Below, piece after piece: positions 26,109 to 35,912 of a stretch of 64,000 bases of DNA (its first letter is position 1; every line of letters starts with the position of its first letter). Location of the stretch: assembly GCA_046703525.1 (NCBI GenBank), contig JBJKSW010000004.1, positions 11,638-75,637 of the forward strand. The letters run 5' to 3'. A program made the translations under genes and the position numbers. This DNA is from Thermoplasmataceae archaeon. Its GTDB lineage: Archaea; Thermoplasmatota; Thermoplasmata; Thermoplasmatales; Thermoplasmataceae. The notes beneath the pieces were generated by a model that ran no database searches, was not told the DNA's origin, and saw nothing but the letters and a program-made list of their open reading frames with translations.

Positions 26109-27242
26109 ATGAGATTTTTTAAGGCAAACATGCTCTATGATGGAATAACGTCCAGAAAGGATGTTTATGTTGGTTTTGAGGGCAAGGAAATAAAATATGT
26201 TGGGCCGGATAAGCCTGATGGCGAAAATCTTGGTGAGGGTGTTGTCACACCTGCGTTCATAGACTCCCACAGCCACATAGGAATGGACCGGGCAGGAGAG
26301 CCATACCTTGAGAGTGAGGCAAATGAGAAGTTCCAGGCGATACTTCCACTCGCCAGGGCTATTGACAGCGTTTATATGGACGATGAAGCGTTCAATGGCT
26401 CCGTTGAGGCAGGTATCCTGTATTCAACTGTCCTTCCCGGCAGCGGCAATATAATGGGTGGAATGGGATCGCTGGTGAGGAACTATGCAAAGAATGTGGA
26501 TGAAGCATTCGTGAAAGACATCGGAGTCAAGATGGCCCTCGGCTACAATCCAAGAAGCACCACTGAATGGAAGGGAGAACGGCCGAGCACAAGGATGGGC
26601 GCAATTGCAATGCTCAGGGAACAGCTTCTGCAGGCAAGAAAGACAAAAGCACTGCTGGATTCCGGAAAGAAAACCATTGACGAGATAGACTCAAAGATGG
26701 AGATCTTCATGAAGATCCTTTCAGGAGAGATCAGAATAATGTGCCACCTTCACAGGGAAGACGATGCACTCCAGCTCCTGAAGCTCTCTGATACATTCGG
26801 GCTGAAGCCAATAATAAACCACGGAATAGATTTTTACAGACCGGAAATATTCAATCTGGTACGGGAAAAGGGAATTCCTATGGTGTATGGCCCTCTTGAC
26901 AGCCACCCGTACAAAGTTGAGCTCAAACACGAGTCATGGAGGAACTGCAAACTTGTTTATGATTCGGGAGTCAAGTTTTCCCTGATGAGCGACCATCCTG
27001 TGATTCTCCAGAGGAACCTTTTCCTGACAGTGAGGCACTTTATGAGATTTGGAGCAACTAGGGAAGAGTGCATTTCATACCTCACTTCGAGGCCCGCTGA
27101 GATACTCAACCTTCCTGACCTGGGAAAAGTGGAAGCTGGCAGGAAGGCGTCTCTTGTGCTGTGGAACGGTGACCCGTTCAGCCTGGAATCCTATCCGGTA
27201 AAAGTTGTTGGTGAGGGCAATCTCGTTTATGATGAAGCCTAG
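26109..27242 (+). CDS. Metal-dependent amidohydrolase superfamily protein
   Basis: The evidence is the N-terminal metal-ligand motif PAFIDSHSHIG, later His/Asp positions (..MCHLH.., ..MSDHP..), and the length. Confidence 0.75.
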   Translation: MRFFKANMLYDGITSRKDVYVGFEGKEIKYVGPDKPDGENLGEGVVTPAFIDSHSHIGMDRAGEPYLESEANEKFQAILPLARAIDSVYMDDEAFNGSVEAGILYSTVLPGSGNIMGGMGSLVRNYAKNVDEAFVKDIGVKMALGYNPRSTTEWKGERPSTRMGAIAMLREQLLQARKTKALLDSGKKTIDEIDSKMEIFMKILSGEIRIMCHLHREDDALQLLKLSDTFGLKPIINHGIDFYRPEIFNLVREKGIPMVYGPLDSHPYKVELKHESWRNCKLVYDSGVKFSLMSDHPVILQRNLFLTVRHFMRFGATREECISYLTSRPAEILNLPDLGKVEAGRKASLVLWNGDPFSLESYPVKVVGEGNLVYDEA

Positions 27243-27457
27243 TACCAATATTTTATTTTTATATCAACAAGGTTTGGTGCCATTCTTTCTTTAATCAGGT
27301 CTTTCAGCTGAACGCCAAGCCTCTCTGATTCCACACACATACCGTAAGATATTCCATGGTCTAGCCTTTCAGTTCTGCCTCCAGCTTCTATGATGTATAT
27401 GTATTCAATCCTCTCACAGTGGCTAGTTACTGTGTCTTCGCCGGTCTTCAGCTTCAT
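27239..27457 (-). CDS. Small hypothetical protein (72 aa)
   Basis: This ATG-started ORF fills an otherwise 275-bp gap. I recognise no domain. Confidence 0.35.
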   Translation of the reverse strand: MKLKTGEDTVTSHCERIEYIYIIEAGGRTERLDHGISYGMCVESERLGVQLKDLIKERMAPNLVDIKIKYWY

Positions 27458-27540
27458 GGATGAGTAATTGCTAAAGGATAGTAATAGATTGTGCCTTCTA
27501 TGGGTCGATCTATATATTGATCACGCATATCAGGAATGAA

Positions 27541-28908
27541 ATGAATTCGCCTGAATTCTCATATGCCACCAGAAAGAAGCACCTCGAATCCCTTGATGGA
27601 AGCACAAGAGAGTTTACAGTTATCGGCGGAGGAATAACCGGCTCTGGTGTAGCGGCTTTGCTCGCGCAGAATGGAATCCAGCCTGTATTGCTTGACAGAT
27701 CTGATTTTTCATCCGGCACGAGTTCAGGAAGTTCGAAACTGATCCATGGCGGCCTCAGGTACCTGGCCCAGGGTGAAGTAATGCTGACAAGGCATCTTCT
27801 CAAGGAACGGAACTACCTCCTGAAAAACGTCAATTTTGTCACTCCCCTGAACTTTGACATACTCATTGATGACAATTCATGGAGCAAACGCGAAATCACG
27901 CTTGGCCTGTTTCTTTACAATCTTCTGGCAGGCAGGATAGCACTCCCCCGCATGAAGAGAAATGCAGGCAAGTACCCGGAACATGTGAAGGGGTACTTCA
28001 CGTACTACGATGCCTATGCAACTGATTCTGTACTTGTTATCCACAACATTGTTTCAGCTGTCAGGAACGGAGCATCCTGCATTAATTACGCAAACGTTGA
28101 ATCAATAGAAGAGGTAGACGACGGGCACTACAGAATCACAGTTGAGGATCGGGCAACCGGAAGGAAGATCAGTTTCAGGTCAAAGTATATTGTGAACTGT
28201 GCAGGGCCGTGGGTGAAGGAAGTGGCAGACATGATCGGTGTACCCGGCAAAGGAGTTTTCAGGCTGAGCAAGGGGGTGCACCTTATATTCAGGAAAGAAG
28301 ACTGCCCGGCTGTAAATGCAATTGCGTTCAGATCCCACATCGACAGGAGGCAGATGTTTGTTATACCGGCCGGAAAAGTCACGATAATAGGGACTACAGA
28401 CACATTTGTCGACTCGCCTGATGATTTCAGCGTCACAGATGAGGACATTCATTACATAATCAGCAGCTCAAAAAGGCTCTATCCTGATCTGACTGCTGAG
28501 AAAGTGCTCACATCTTACTCCGGGATAAGGCCGCTCTTCGGAACCGGTGAAACGCCAGGCGAAATATCAAGGGACTTTTACATCAGCAGCCGTGGGCATG
28601 CAGTTTCAGTATTCGGCGGCAAGCTTACGGACTACAGGAACGTGGCCAGAAAGGTCGCCAGGGCAGTATCTGCTGTTTCCGGAAGGGGGATCAGGACAAA
28701 AGGGCTCCCCGTCATTGATTACAGGAGGCCTGAGGTGATAGACGGATATGATTACTACATTGATCACGAATGTGCTCTTACTCCTGAAGATGTTTACAGA
28801 AGAAGAACTGCCGTATCACTGTATGAGCCCGAATTCGAAAGCCTGAAAGAGGGCATAATCGAGACCTTCAGACGGGTGGAAGAAATCCCGGAAATAAGGC
28901 CCCTATAA
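27541..28908 (+). CDS. FAD-dependent glycerol-3-phosphate dehydrogenase/oxidase family protein (GlpA/GlpD-like)
   Basis: VIGGGITGSGVAALLAQNG..LLDRSDFSSGTSSGSSKLIHGGLRYL is the GlpD/GlpA N-terminal signature. The track start 27517 is TTG; an ATG lies at 27541. Confidence 0.8.
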   Translation: MNSPEFSYATRKKHLESLDGSTREFTVIGGGITGSGVAALLAQNGIQPVLLDRSDFSSGTSSGSSKLIHGGLRYLAQGEVMLTRHLLKERNYLLKNVNFVTPLNFDILIDDNSWSKREITLGLFLYNLLAGRIALPRMKRNAGKYPEHVKGYFTYYDAYATDSVLVIHNIVSAVRNGASCINYANVESIEEVDDGHYRITVEDRATGRKISFRSKYIVNCAGPWVKEVADMIGVPGKGVFRLSKGVHLIFRKEDCPAVNAIAFRSHIDRRQMFVIPAGKVTIIGTTDTFVDSPDDFSVTDEDIHYIISSSKRLYPDLTAEKVLTSYSGIRPLFGTGETPGEISRDFYISSRGHAVSVFGGKLTDYRNVARKVARAVSAVSGRGIRTKGLPVIDYRRPEVIDGYDYYIDHECALTPEDVYRRRTAVSLYEPEFESLKEGIIETFRRVEEIPEIRPL

Positions 28909-29299
28909 TAGTGAGGCCAAAACGCCTCCCACCCGGGAAATTTACAGCAAAATAAGAGAATGTGCCCAGAAGCAGGAGCACTATGAATGAGATTATTACT
29001 GCTATTATTGCTATCAGCAGGCCGCCAAGAAAAGACGTGTCAAATATTGCGGAGTAGAAGAATATCAGCATTATGAGGGCTACAATAAATGCAATTGGCA
29101 GCATTATTGCATAAACAAGCAGCGTGAGTGCCCCGACTATAACAAAAGTGACATAGAATATGAGGGGCCCAAGGAATGCCGCAATGAGCGCCCTTCCAAA
29201 TGATGCTTTCCTGGAAACTATCTTTGCAGAAATGTAGATTGGCAGTGTGATAATCACCATTCCTATTATGATGAGGGCGATCAGCGCCAGTATGTCCAT
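28868..29299 (-). CDS. Integral membrane protein (4 TM), unknown function
   Basis: It has an ATG start and is almost entirely hydrophobic helices. Its 3' end overlaps the convergent glpA-like gene by 41 nt. Confidence 0.55.
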   Translation of the reverse strand: MDILALIALIIIGMVIITLPIYISAKIVSRKASFGRALIAAFLGPLIFYVTFVIVGALTLLVYAIMLPIAFIVALIMLIFFYSAIFDTSFLGGLLIAIIAVIISFIVLLLLGTFSYFAVNFPGGRRFGLTIIGALFPGFLPPV

Positions 29300-29342
29300 A
29301 AATAAAATAGAAATGGGGAATTAATAAAAATTTTGTAGAACT

Positions 29343-30035
29343 TTAATCGGAAAGGCCGTTCCAGAATTCTGTTTCCAGTTTGAGAATTCCGTCTGCGCCC
29401 ACTTTGAAGTTCTTCCTGGCGACAGGGTCGCTCTTGTGCGTTCCCAGAACGTCCTCCATTGCCTCCTCATGTTGTATCTCCAGTTCCCTGTGGAACGTGA
29501 AGTAATCTATGTCCATTCCTGAATAGGAGGGATTCTTGGATCTCCATATGCTGAGCCCTGCAAGTATCTTGTCCCACATGGGTATTGCCATGTTCTCCAG
29601 TCCGAATTCGGCCCCGAGAGCCTCAAAATGCTCACCTGCGAAATAGTTCCTCATTCCGTCCAGCCATGCCTTTGTTGTCATGAGCTGTTCTTTCTTCACA
29701 AGATCCTCAGGCTTGATGCCCAGGCTCCTGAGGTACTTCCTGTAAAGCAGTTCATGCCTCTTGGCCGGGTTGTCATCGCCAAGTTCTGATACGAGTATTG
29801 TTGTAAGGTTAGCAGCGTCAGCCTCGTCAGGAGTGTTCACCAGCAGCGTGGAAAGAATGGACGGCCACTCTCTCGTAAAATGATAGAACTCCGTTGAAAA
29901 CCTGATAAACTCGGCTTCTGAAATGTCACCTCTTGCGAACCTGTCGATGAATGCGTTGTTTGTTGCACTGTGTCTCTTTACAAAATCATATGTTTCCTTG
30001 TAAAAATCTTCCGGATTGGTACTTTGTGCTTCCAT
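29343..30035 (-). CDS. Heme-oxygenase-like di-iron protein (PqqC/CADD/'iron-containing redox enzyme' family)
   Basis: A four-helix ligand pattern is visible: ..SELGDDNPAKRHELLYRKYL.. (E..H), ..FGLENMA.. (E), ..FHRELEIQHEE.. (HxxxExxH). The size is about 230 aa. Confidence 0.6.
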   Translation of the reverse strand: MEAQSTNPEDFYKETYDFVKRHSATNNAFIDRFARGDISEAEFIRFSTEFYHFTREWPSILSTLLVNTPDEADAANLTTILVSELGDDNPAKRHELLYRKYLRSLGIKPEDLVKKEQLMTTKAWLDGMRNYFAGEHFEALGAEFGLENMAIPMWDKILAGLSIWRSKNPSYSGMDIDYFTFHRELEIQHEEAMEDVLGTHKSDPVARKNFKVGADGILKLETEFWNGLSD

Positions 30036-30180
30036 GATAGTTAATATGAAGAAGTACTTATTAAAATTTATTAAAATACATTGCTACGAATTTCAGAACC
30101 TGAAACCAAGTATGCCCGGAATGGCCATTTAAGAGTGAAAGGAGACCGGATCGATCTCCCCTTGATGCCCCCTGAGGAGT

Positions 30181-31332
30181 TCAGCGCATTTCCAGCGGCA
30201 CGTAGTCGGCCAGCGTGCGGTCACCAACAAACTGTGCTTTTGGCCTGAAAATCCTGTTATCCGAAAGGTACTCCAGCGCTCTCGCAACCCATCCTGTCAC
30301 CCGGCTGACTGCAAATATTGGTGTGAAAATGTCAGGTTCGTATCCAAGGGCACTGTATACAATTCCAGAATAGAAGTCTACGTTGGGGAATATTCCCTTG
30401 CTGCCCAGCCTGTCAATCATGTATTCCTCAATCCTCTCTGCAGTCTCGTAAGTGCTCCTCATGTCAGTTCCCCTGGTAAGGCTGTCCGCATATTTCTTGA
30501 TTATTTTTGCTCTCGGATCGTAGACTTTGTACACCCTGTGGCCGAATCCCATGATTTTCTCTTTTGACTCAAGCATATGGCCAATGACTTCCGGTACTTT
30601 ATCCGGTGTGCCCACTTTCTTGATCATCTCAAGCGCCCTTTCATTTGCGCCCCCATGAAGAGGGCCCTTCAGTGATGCTGTTGCGGCCGTAACCGCGGAA
30701 TACATGTCCGAGAGAGTGGAAATAACAATCATGGAAGTGAATGTTGATGCATTCATGCCGTGATCTGCGTGCAGAAGAAGTGCTGAATCCAGTATTTTCA
30801 GGTGCTCATCGCTTGGTTTCTTTCCGAAGCTCTGGTAAAGAAAGTTCGCAGTGTATGAGAGTTTCGGGTCCGGCTTAATGAAATCAAGACCCTGCCTTGC
30901 CCTGTAAATTGCTGATACAAGAGTCGGCATTTTTGCAATTATGTCTATTCCCATTGCTTCCTGTGACTCATAGCTCTCCTTATCTCCTATGTCTGACTTG
31001 GAGCCGGCGTATGATATTGCTGTCCTGAGGGAACTCATTGAGTGGCAACCTGACCCGATCTTCTTTATCACTTCATAGATCTCATCGTCAATGGTCATTC
31101 TGCTCCTGAGCTGGTGCACAAATTCCTCGTATTCCTTCCTGTTCGGAAGCTTTCCTTTAAGCAGAAGATATGCGGTCTCTTCGTAATTTGAGTTATCAAC
31201 AAGCGTGTTGATCTCATAATTTCTGTATACAAGATGGCCTTTCTCTCCGTCAACATAGCCTATTTTTGTCTGTGATGCAACTACCCCTTCCAATCCCTTT
31301 GAAAACTGTTGACTTGTACTGACCTCTGTCAT
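30181..31332 (-). CDS. gltA: Citrate synthase
   Basis: The evidence is GFGHRVYKVYDPRA, LLHADHGMNASTF, and SRVTGWVA near the C-terminus. The size of 383 aa matches Thermoplasma-type citrate synthase. Confidence 0.95.
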   Translation of the reverse strand: MTEVSTSQQFSKGLEGVVASQTKIGYVDGEKGHLVYRNYEINTLVDNSNYEETAYLLLKGKLPNRKEYEEFVHQLRSRMTIDDEIYEVIKKIGSGCHSMSSLRTAISYAGSKSDIGDKESYESQEAMGIDIIAKMPTLVSAIYRARQGLDFIKPDPKLSYTANFLYQSFGKKPSDEHLKILDSALLLHADHGMNASTFTSMIVISTLSDMYSAVTAATASLKGPLHGGANERALEMIKKVGTPDKVPEVIGHMLESKEKIMGFGHRVYKVYDPRAKIIKKYADSLTRGTDMRSTYETAERIEEYMIDRLGSKGIFPNVDFYSGIVYSALGYEPDIFTPIFAVSRVTGWVARALEYLSDNRIFRPKAQFVGDRTLADYVPLEMR

Positions 31333-31464
31333 GTTAATCCTCTAAGGTATTGTTTTTACAGACATTAATGTTAGTGCTAATCTCTTTAGTAGGAAGTATG
31401 AAGAACAGATCACTTTTCCATGACTGCCGGTATAATGTCCAGATTAGAAGAATAATAGATTGGA

Positions 31465-31483
31465 AACGGCCTCAGGGGCCGTT
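31465..31483 (-). terminator. Hairpin AACGGCC-tcagg-GGCCGTT abutting the flavodoxin stop codon
   Basis: A 7-bp perfect stem is seen directly. It overlaps the first base of the TGA (31483-31485) of the minus-strand flavodoxin gene. Its function as a terminator is speculative in archaea. Confidence 0.2.
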
Positions 31484-31968
31484 CAGGCTGGCTGTAGAAG
31501 CGAACAGATGTTTCCGGCCCATTCAGATGCCCTGTCCAGTTCCCCGTCCCTCAACGGGCCCTCCTTGTCCTCGACAATGAAGCCTTCCGGTTCAGCAAGC
31601 AGCCTTCCTCCCCTGGAAACCAGTTTTTTCGCTATTTTTTCTGCAGCATAGCCTATGGACTTCATGAGCAACCTCAGACCCATGTTCTGGTCAGGAGCAT
31701 AAATTCTCGTGTCAAACGCTGCAACTCCAATGTCTCCGCGATCTCCCAGGGAAAGCCTGTCCATGAATGACTGTATTGCTGGAGTGGGCCTTCCGCCATG
31801 TGTCGGAGATCCAACAATCAGCAGATCAACGGAGTCCAGCATGTCTCTCTTGAAGTCTGCAGCGTGGATGCCCTCGACTGTTCCGTGCATTGCCAGGCCT
31901 TCGACTATTGCTCCCGCCACCTTTCCAGTATTCCCAAATTCTGAATCGTAAACCACAAGTGCTTTCAT
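31483..31968 (-). CDS. Flavodoxin-family protein
   Basis: It has the N-terminal FMN-phosphate loop MKALVVYDSEFGNTGKVA and later ..VGSPTHGG... The track start is GTG 31977; an ATG lies at 31968. Confidence 0.8.
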   Translation of the reverse strand: MKALVVYDSEFGNTGKVAGAIVEGLAMHGTVEGIHAADFKRDMLDSVDLLIVGSPTHGGRPTPAIQSFMDRLSLGDRGDIGVAAFDTRIYAPDQNMGLRLLMKSIGYAAEKIAKKLVSRGGRLLAEPEGFIVEDKEGPLRDGELDRASEWAGNICSLLQPA

Positions 31969-32183
31969 TATTATCACTACCAGGAAAGAAGAGGAACCCC
32001 CTGTAATTCAATCCTTATTTTTTACTAGTGATTTGCCGCTTATAACATTTCTGTAGAAATTTTATTCCGGCCATCCAGCCACACTTGACAAGCATCTGAT
32101 GTTTCAAGTATCAGGCACAATAATTGCCTTTATTTCGGCCGAAGCCAGAGTTAACTTCTTTTAATAAGCAATCATGAACGTTC

Positions 32184-32909
32184 ATGGAAGAGAAGGCAAA
32201 AGATACCTCACTTCTGATTGGTGTAAGTGAAAATTTTGGAAAAGCACTGGCATACTTCTGCCTGACTAATAACCAGAATGTCGTCATTTCATCCAGGGAT
32301 GACAAGAAACTGAAACTAATGAGGGATGAACTGAAGAAATACGGAAGCATCATCTCAATTGCAGCTGATTCGTCTTCCACGGAAGAGTGTGAAAGCCTGT
32401 TCAGGGAAGCAACTGCAAAATCCGGCAGGATATCCAATGTGGCAATACTCATTGGCGGGTTCGTCAATGATAATCCCGAAGTCCCGTCCGGCCTCGATTA
32501 CATGCTGAAGAACCATGTGATTATTCCGACGAACATCATAAGCGTGGCAGCAAAATATCTGCATAGCGGATCCTCCATTGTTCTGGTGAGCAGCACCCAG
32601 ACTTTTCATACTTCAGGCGCGCTTCCCTATTCATATACGCTTGCGAAGTCTGCACTCAACAAAATTGTTGAGATGTCAGCTTCCTACTTCATAAGGAAGG
32701 GGATTCGCATAAATGCAGTTGCACCATCTGAGATCATGGAGAGCTTTGAGATTGGAAGGACCTGGAAAGACCTCAGGAAGATGGGGGACAGCATTACTCC
32801 TCCAGAAGACATAGCCCAGGTCATACAGTGGCTCTTTTCAGAGAAATCACAGTGGGTGACGGGCACGATTGTTCCGGTGGACGGCGGCCACAGGTTCACG
32901 AAAAAATAA
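32184..32909 (+). CDS. Short-chain dehydrogenase/reductase (SDR) with atypical cofactor-binding motif
   Basis: The catalytic YSYTLAK (YxxxK) and upstream Ser are present. The N-terminal TGxxxGIG is replaced by IGVSENFG. Confidence 0.7.
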   Translation: MEEKAKDTSLLIGVSENFGKALAYFCLTNNQNVVISSRDDKKLKLMRDELKKYGSIISIAADSSSTEECESLFREATAKSGRISNVAILIGGFVNDNPEVPSGLDYMLKNHVIIPTNIISVAAKYLHSGSSIVLVSSTQTFHTSGALPYSYTLAKSALNKIVEMSASYFIRKGIRINAVAPSEIMESFEIGRTWKDLRKMGDSITPPEDIAQVIQWLFSEKSQWVTGTIVPVDGGHRFTKK

Positions 32910-33884
32910 TCATCCAAGTGAGCTGGCCATCATTGCCAGTGATTTTTCCATTCTGTACACTGTTCCAAAGTGGCCGTCTTCATATTCTTCATAGGTGTGG
33001 TTGATCTTGGATTCCATAAGAAACGCGTCAACTGCCCTGGAACCCCAAATAAGGGAGAATTCATCCTGTGTGCCGGCGTCGAGGTAAATGAATTTCATCA
33101 TGTCTATCTGCCTCGAGAACCTGTTCACATTCTTCGCAGGATCCCATGCAAGCCATTTGTTCCACACTTCCTGGTTGAATCTTCCTGTTATCCAGTTGAA
33201 CGGGAAATCTATGCCCATCTCCTGGGAAGAAGGGTTTGGGCTGTAGAAGGCGGAATAAGCAAGGACGGAGAGTGTCCTGATGGAGCTTGAACGCATCCTG
33301 TTGAAACTCTGCAGGTATTTTTCGAGCCACTTTGAGGGGCTGCCTGCGCGCCTGAATTCTTCCAGGGCAAGCGGAAAGTCAGGCATGTAGGAGTATTCAA
33401 ACCCAGCGTCCATGGAGTGGGAGGCAAAACCGTTAATCACGCCCGGATTTCTCAATGCAAGTGTGTAAGCGCCGAATCCTCCAGACCCTTTCCCAAACAG
33501 GCCTGTTGCACTTGTTCCAAACTTGGTCCTGAGCTGCGGAATCAGTTCCTGAACTATGAAATTCTCATACATTCCAACTGCAGAAGAATTGATGTACTGA
33601 TTGCCTCCGTATTTTGTGAAACAGTCCGGAATGGCTATTATGGAGCCATTTAGCTTCTCGTTCCTGTAGAGGCGCACAATAATATCTTCCAGGCTTTCTG
33701 AAAGCGCGCTCCCTGCGACAAAACCCGTGTGGTTGATGCCAAACGGTGGAAGGCCAATAAGAAGGGGAGGGCGCGATCGCAGTGTGTCGGGAGTATACAC
33801 TATTATCTCCCGCTCAACGCCATCTCCGGGTGCATTACCGCCTAGAGCCTGACTCTTTAACGTGATGAGGCTCTTTTTCACCAT
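32910..33884 (-). CDS. Putative esterase (alpha/beta-hydrolase, esterase-D / enterochelin-esterase-like family)
   Basis: The layout ..PPLLIGLPPFG..., FGKGSGGFGAYTLAL (nucleophile-elbow-like) and ..YEEYEDGHF.. (His) is typical of 'putative esterase' family proteins. Confidence 0.6.
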   Translation of the reverse strand: MVKKSLITLKSQALGGNAPGDGVEREIIVYTPDTLRSRPPLLIGLPPFGINHTGFVAGSALSESLEDIIVRLYRNEKLNGSIIAIPDCFTKYGGNQYINSSAVGMYENFIVQELIPQLRTKFGTSATGLFGKGSGGFGAYTLALRNPGVINGFASHSMDAGFEYSYMPDFPLALEEFRRAGSPSKWLEKYLQSFNRMRSSSIRTLSVLAYSAFYSPNPSSQEMGIDFPFNWITGRFNQEVWNKWLAWDPAKNVNRFSRQIDMMKFIYLDAGTQDEFSLIWGSRAVDAFLMESKINHTYEEYEDGHFGTVYRMEKSLAMMASSLG

Positions 33885-33917
33885 ATCCAGAGTGAATTAG
33901 AGGTGAGTTTATAAATA

Positions 33918-34310
33918 TTGAGAGAAAAGCGCAACAGAAATAACGAATATGCGTATGTGGAAGAGTTGCAAATAGAAGGAGACTATTCGGATGTGCTCAC
34001 CTATCTGGCAAATCTCTTTTCCATAAAGAGGATAGAGGGTGTGGACATTGACAGGTTCAGGGTCTCGTACTCGGGCTGCGATGTGATTCGGGATGCCTCG
34101 ACGGGTTCGTCGGAACACATAACGCATATGCCTGAAAGGGATGATGTTGACAGGATAAAACTGCTCTCCCTCAATGTGGACGGCATCGGAGACAGCAGAA
34201 TTCAGGTGAACATAGGATGGGATTCTGTTGTTTTCATCGGTAATCCGGACGGAGAAATTGCGCGCTATTTCCTTGAAGTCCTTGATAAATCAACTTTCAG
34301 GTATTTCTGA
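33918..34310 (+). CDS. Hypothetical protein (130 aa)
   Basis: The ORF has only TTG (33918) or GTG (33957) start options. The composition is protein-like, and I recognise no domain. Confidence 0.4.
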   Translation: MREKRNRNNEYAYVEELQIEGDYSDVLTYLANLFSIKRIEGVDIDRFRVSYSGCDVIRDASTGSSEHITHMPERDDVDRIKLLSLNVDGIGDSRIQVNIGWDSVVFIGNPDGEIARYFLEVLDKSTFRYF

Positions 34311-34351
34311 ATTCTTAGAATACAAAGCAGGAAGCCTGTGGTGGCTGATTC

Positions 34352-34876
34352 TTATCCCACTATGTTTACAAACCTGCCTATGAACATCATGACTACCCCG
34401 ACAGATGCCAGCAGGGGCGGCCAGAAAAAGTAATTTCCGGACTGGACTCTTGCAACGAGGACTCCAAGCAGCGCAAGGCTTAAGTCTGCTCCGAGGAGTG
34501 AGACCCAGTATTGCGTTATAAAAACTGAACTCAGGGCCAGTGGAATTAGGGCACCCCCAAATCCAGCCAGGGCCGACAGAAGAGTCTTTTCAACAGATTC
34601 ACTGACTATTCTCCTTCCCAGCTGTGTTTCCAGCAGTTCAAATGGTGTGTTTGGATTCACAATTTTTGACAGTCTGACGAGCTCCTGTTTCAGACTTGAA
34701 TAATCCGCCATGAAGAAACTCACCGCACCAACAGACGCAGAACCGAGTGCAATCCTGATGTAAAGGTTGAACTCTGGAACAGTCACAGTGAGTATCTCGT
34801 TGGTAGCGATCATGAGAGCGGTTACAATTCCGTCCGTGAGCCCGAGAATGACAGGAAAAGTGTAATCTTTATTCAA
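34352..34876 (-). CDS. VIT1/CCC1-related integral membrane protein (archaeal short form)
   Basis: It begins with the FPVILGLTDGIVTALMI motif (GLxDG) typical of VIT-family TM1 and has 5 hydrophobic helices. The TTG start lies 2 nt after the DUF211 stop. Confidence 0.5.
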   Translation of the reverse strand: MNKDYTFPVILGLTDGIVTALMIATNEILTVTVPEFNLYIRIALGSASVGAVSFFMADYSSLKQELVRLSKIVNPNTPFELLETQLGRRIVSESVEKTLLSALAGFGGALIPLALSSVFITQYWVSLLGADLSLALLGVLVARVQSGNYFFWPPLLASVGVVMMFIGRFVNIVG

Positions 34877-34878
34877 CT

Positions 34879-35157
34879 TCAGTTCCGTGACGCTTCAGTA
34901 CCATTGCTAGAAGCGACAACTTCATCTATTGACCTGATGGCACAGCCCGATTCTTCCACACCCTCTATAAGTGTGTCAAATTCTATCCCATCGCCATCAA
35001 TTGTTACTGTGAGGCCCATAACCTCCATATCCATCTCACTAACAGAAATCTTGACGTCACCGACACCTTTTATCTTGACAATCTCTTGAGCAAGTTCAAC
35101 AAGTGTTGGTTTATTCAGTCCCTTCACAACATCCAGTACAAGTTTCTTTAAATTCAT
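34879..35157 (-). CDS. DUF211-family archaeal protein
   Basis: KKLVLDVVKGLNKPTLVELAQEI..GVGDVKISVSEMDMEVMGLTVTIDGDGIEFDTLIEGVEESGCAIRSIDEV matches the DUF211 pattern (LVLDVLKP..P.i.ela..l..GV..vnisv.E.d.et....iti.G..id.d.i...ie..Ga.iHSIDeV). Confidence 0.7.
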   Translation of the reverse strand: MNLKKLVLDVVKGLNKPTLVELAQEIVKIKGVGDVKISVSEMDMEVMGLTVTIDGDGIEFDTLIEGVEESGCAIRSIDEVVASSNGTEASRN

Positions 35158-35345
35158 TGCCTATCACGTATGTATTTACACCGTACCCATTGGTAGCAAA
35201 TCGCCATAACACATACTCAACGTCTCTGAGTAAATCATTATTTTCCCTTATTATTTAATTCTTCTTTTGTCAGGCTACTTAAATCTGGCATCTTTATCCC
35301 ATATGAAATGGTAAGTTTTATCTGAAGACAACGATCAGCTTCCAT

Positions 35346-35846
35346 GTGCCACCAGTCAAGCTTAAGGAAGGTGTTGCAAGCGTATTCAGGCTAAGTGTAG
35401 TCCTGATTCTTTCTGGAGTTATCACATTCCTGTTGTCGAACACCTATTTTAATTTCTTCCCCAATCAAAATTGGGCAGACGTCTTCAACAATTTCTTTGG
35501 CAACACATCACTTCCTGTCTTATATGGAACGCTGGTCGGCCTTCTTCTCTCTTCTTTTGCAATAGTCATAGCAGTAATCCCTGTGTTCTCAGCAGCAAGC
35601 CTCAGACAGCCAATCTTCACGCAGATGAACAGGCTGTATACCTTCACAATACTTGACGGCATCTTTCTGCTCATCATCTACTTCATGAACGGTACTCTTC
35701 CGTTCAACGCTGTATTCTTCTTCATCTACATTGAGATCTTTTTCTTCCTTGCACTTATTTTCGGCCTGATATTCTGTGTCCTCACGCTGTCAGACCTCTT
35801 CCGGATTATCAGGTTCAGGGGCGAAAGGGAAACCAGGCCAAAGTGA
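35346..35846 (+). CDS. Integral membrane protein, unknown function
   Basis: It has a GTG start and four hydrophobic helices. I recognise no domain. Confidence 0.45.
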   Translation: MPPVKLKEGVASVFRLSVVLILSGVITFLLSNTYFNFFPNQNWADVFNNFFGNTSLPVLYGTLVGLLLSSFAIVIAVIPVFSAASLRQPIFTQMNRLYTFTILDGIFLLIIYFMNGTLPFNAVFFFIYIEIFFFLALIFGLIFCVLTLSDLFRIIRFRGERETRPK

Positions 35847-35912
35847 AGAGATGCCAGAGTTCAGGAAAATTTGCACTTCTTTTAATAGAGCCCGCTCATT
35901 ATTGGATTGCCA

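Noticed and set aside
32111-32467. 118-aa minus-strand ORF overlapping the SDR gene start
   Set aside because: It lies antisense to the SDR gene, which has the YxxxK catalytic motif. Its composition is Ser/Phe-rich, as in shadow frames.
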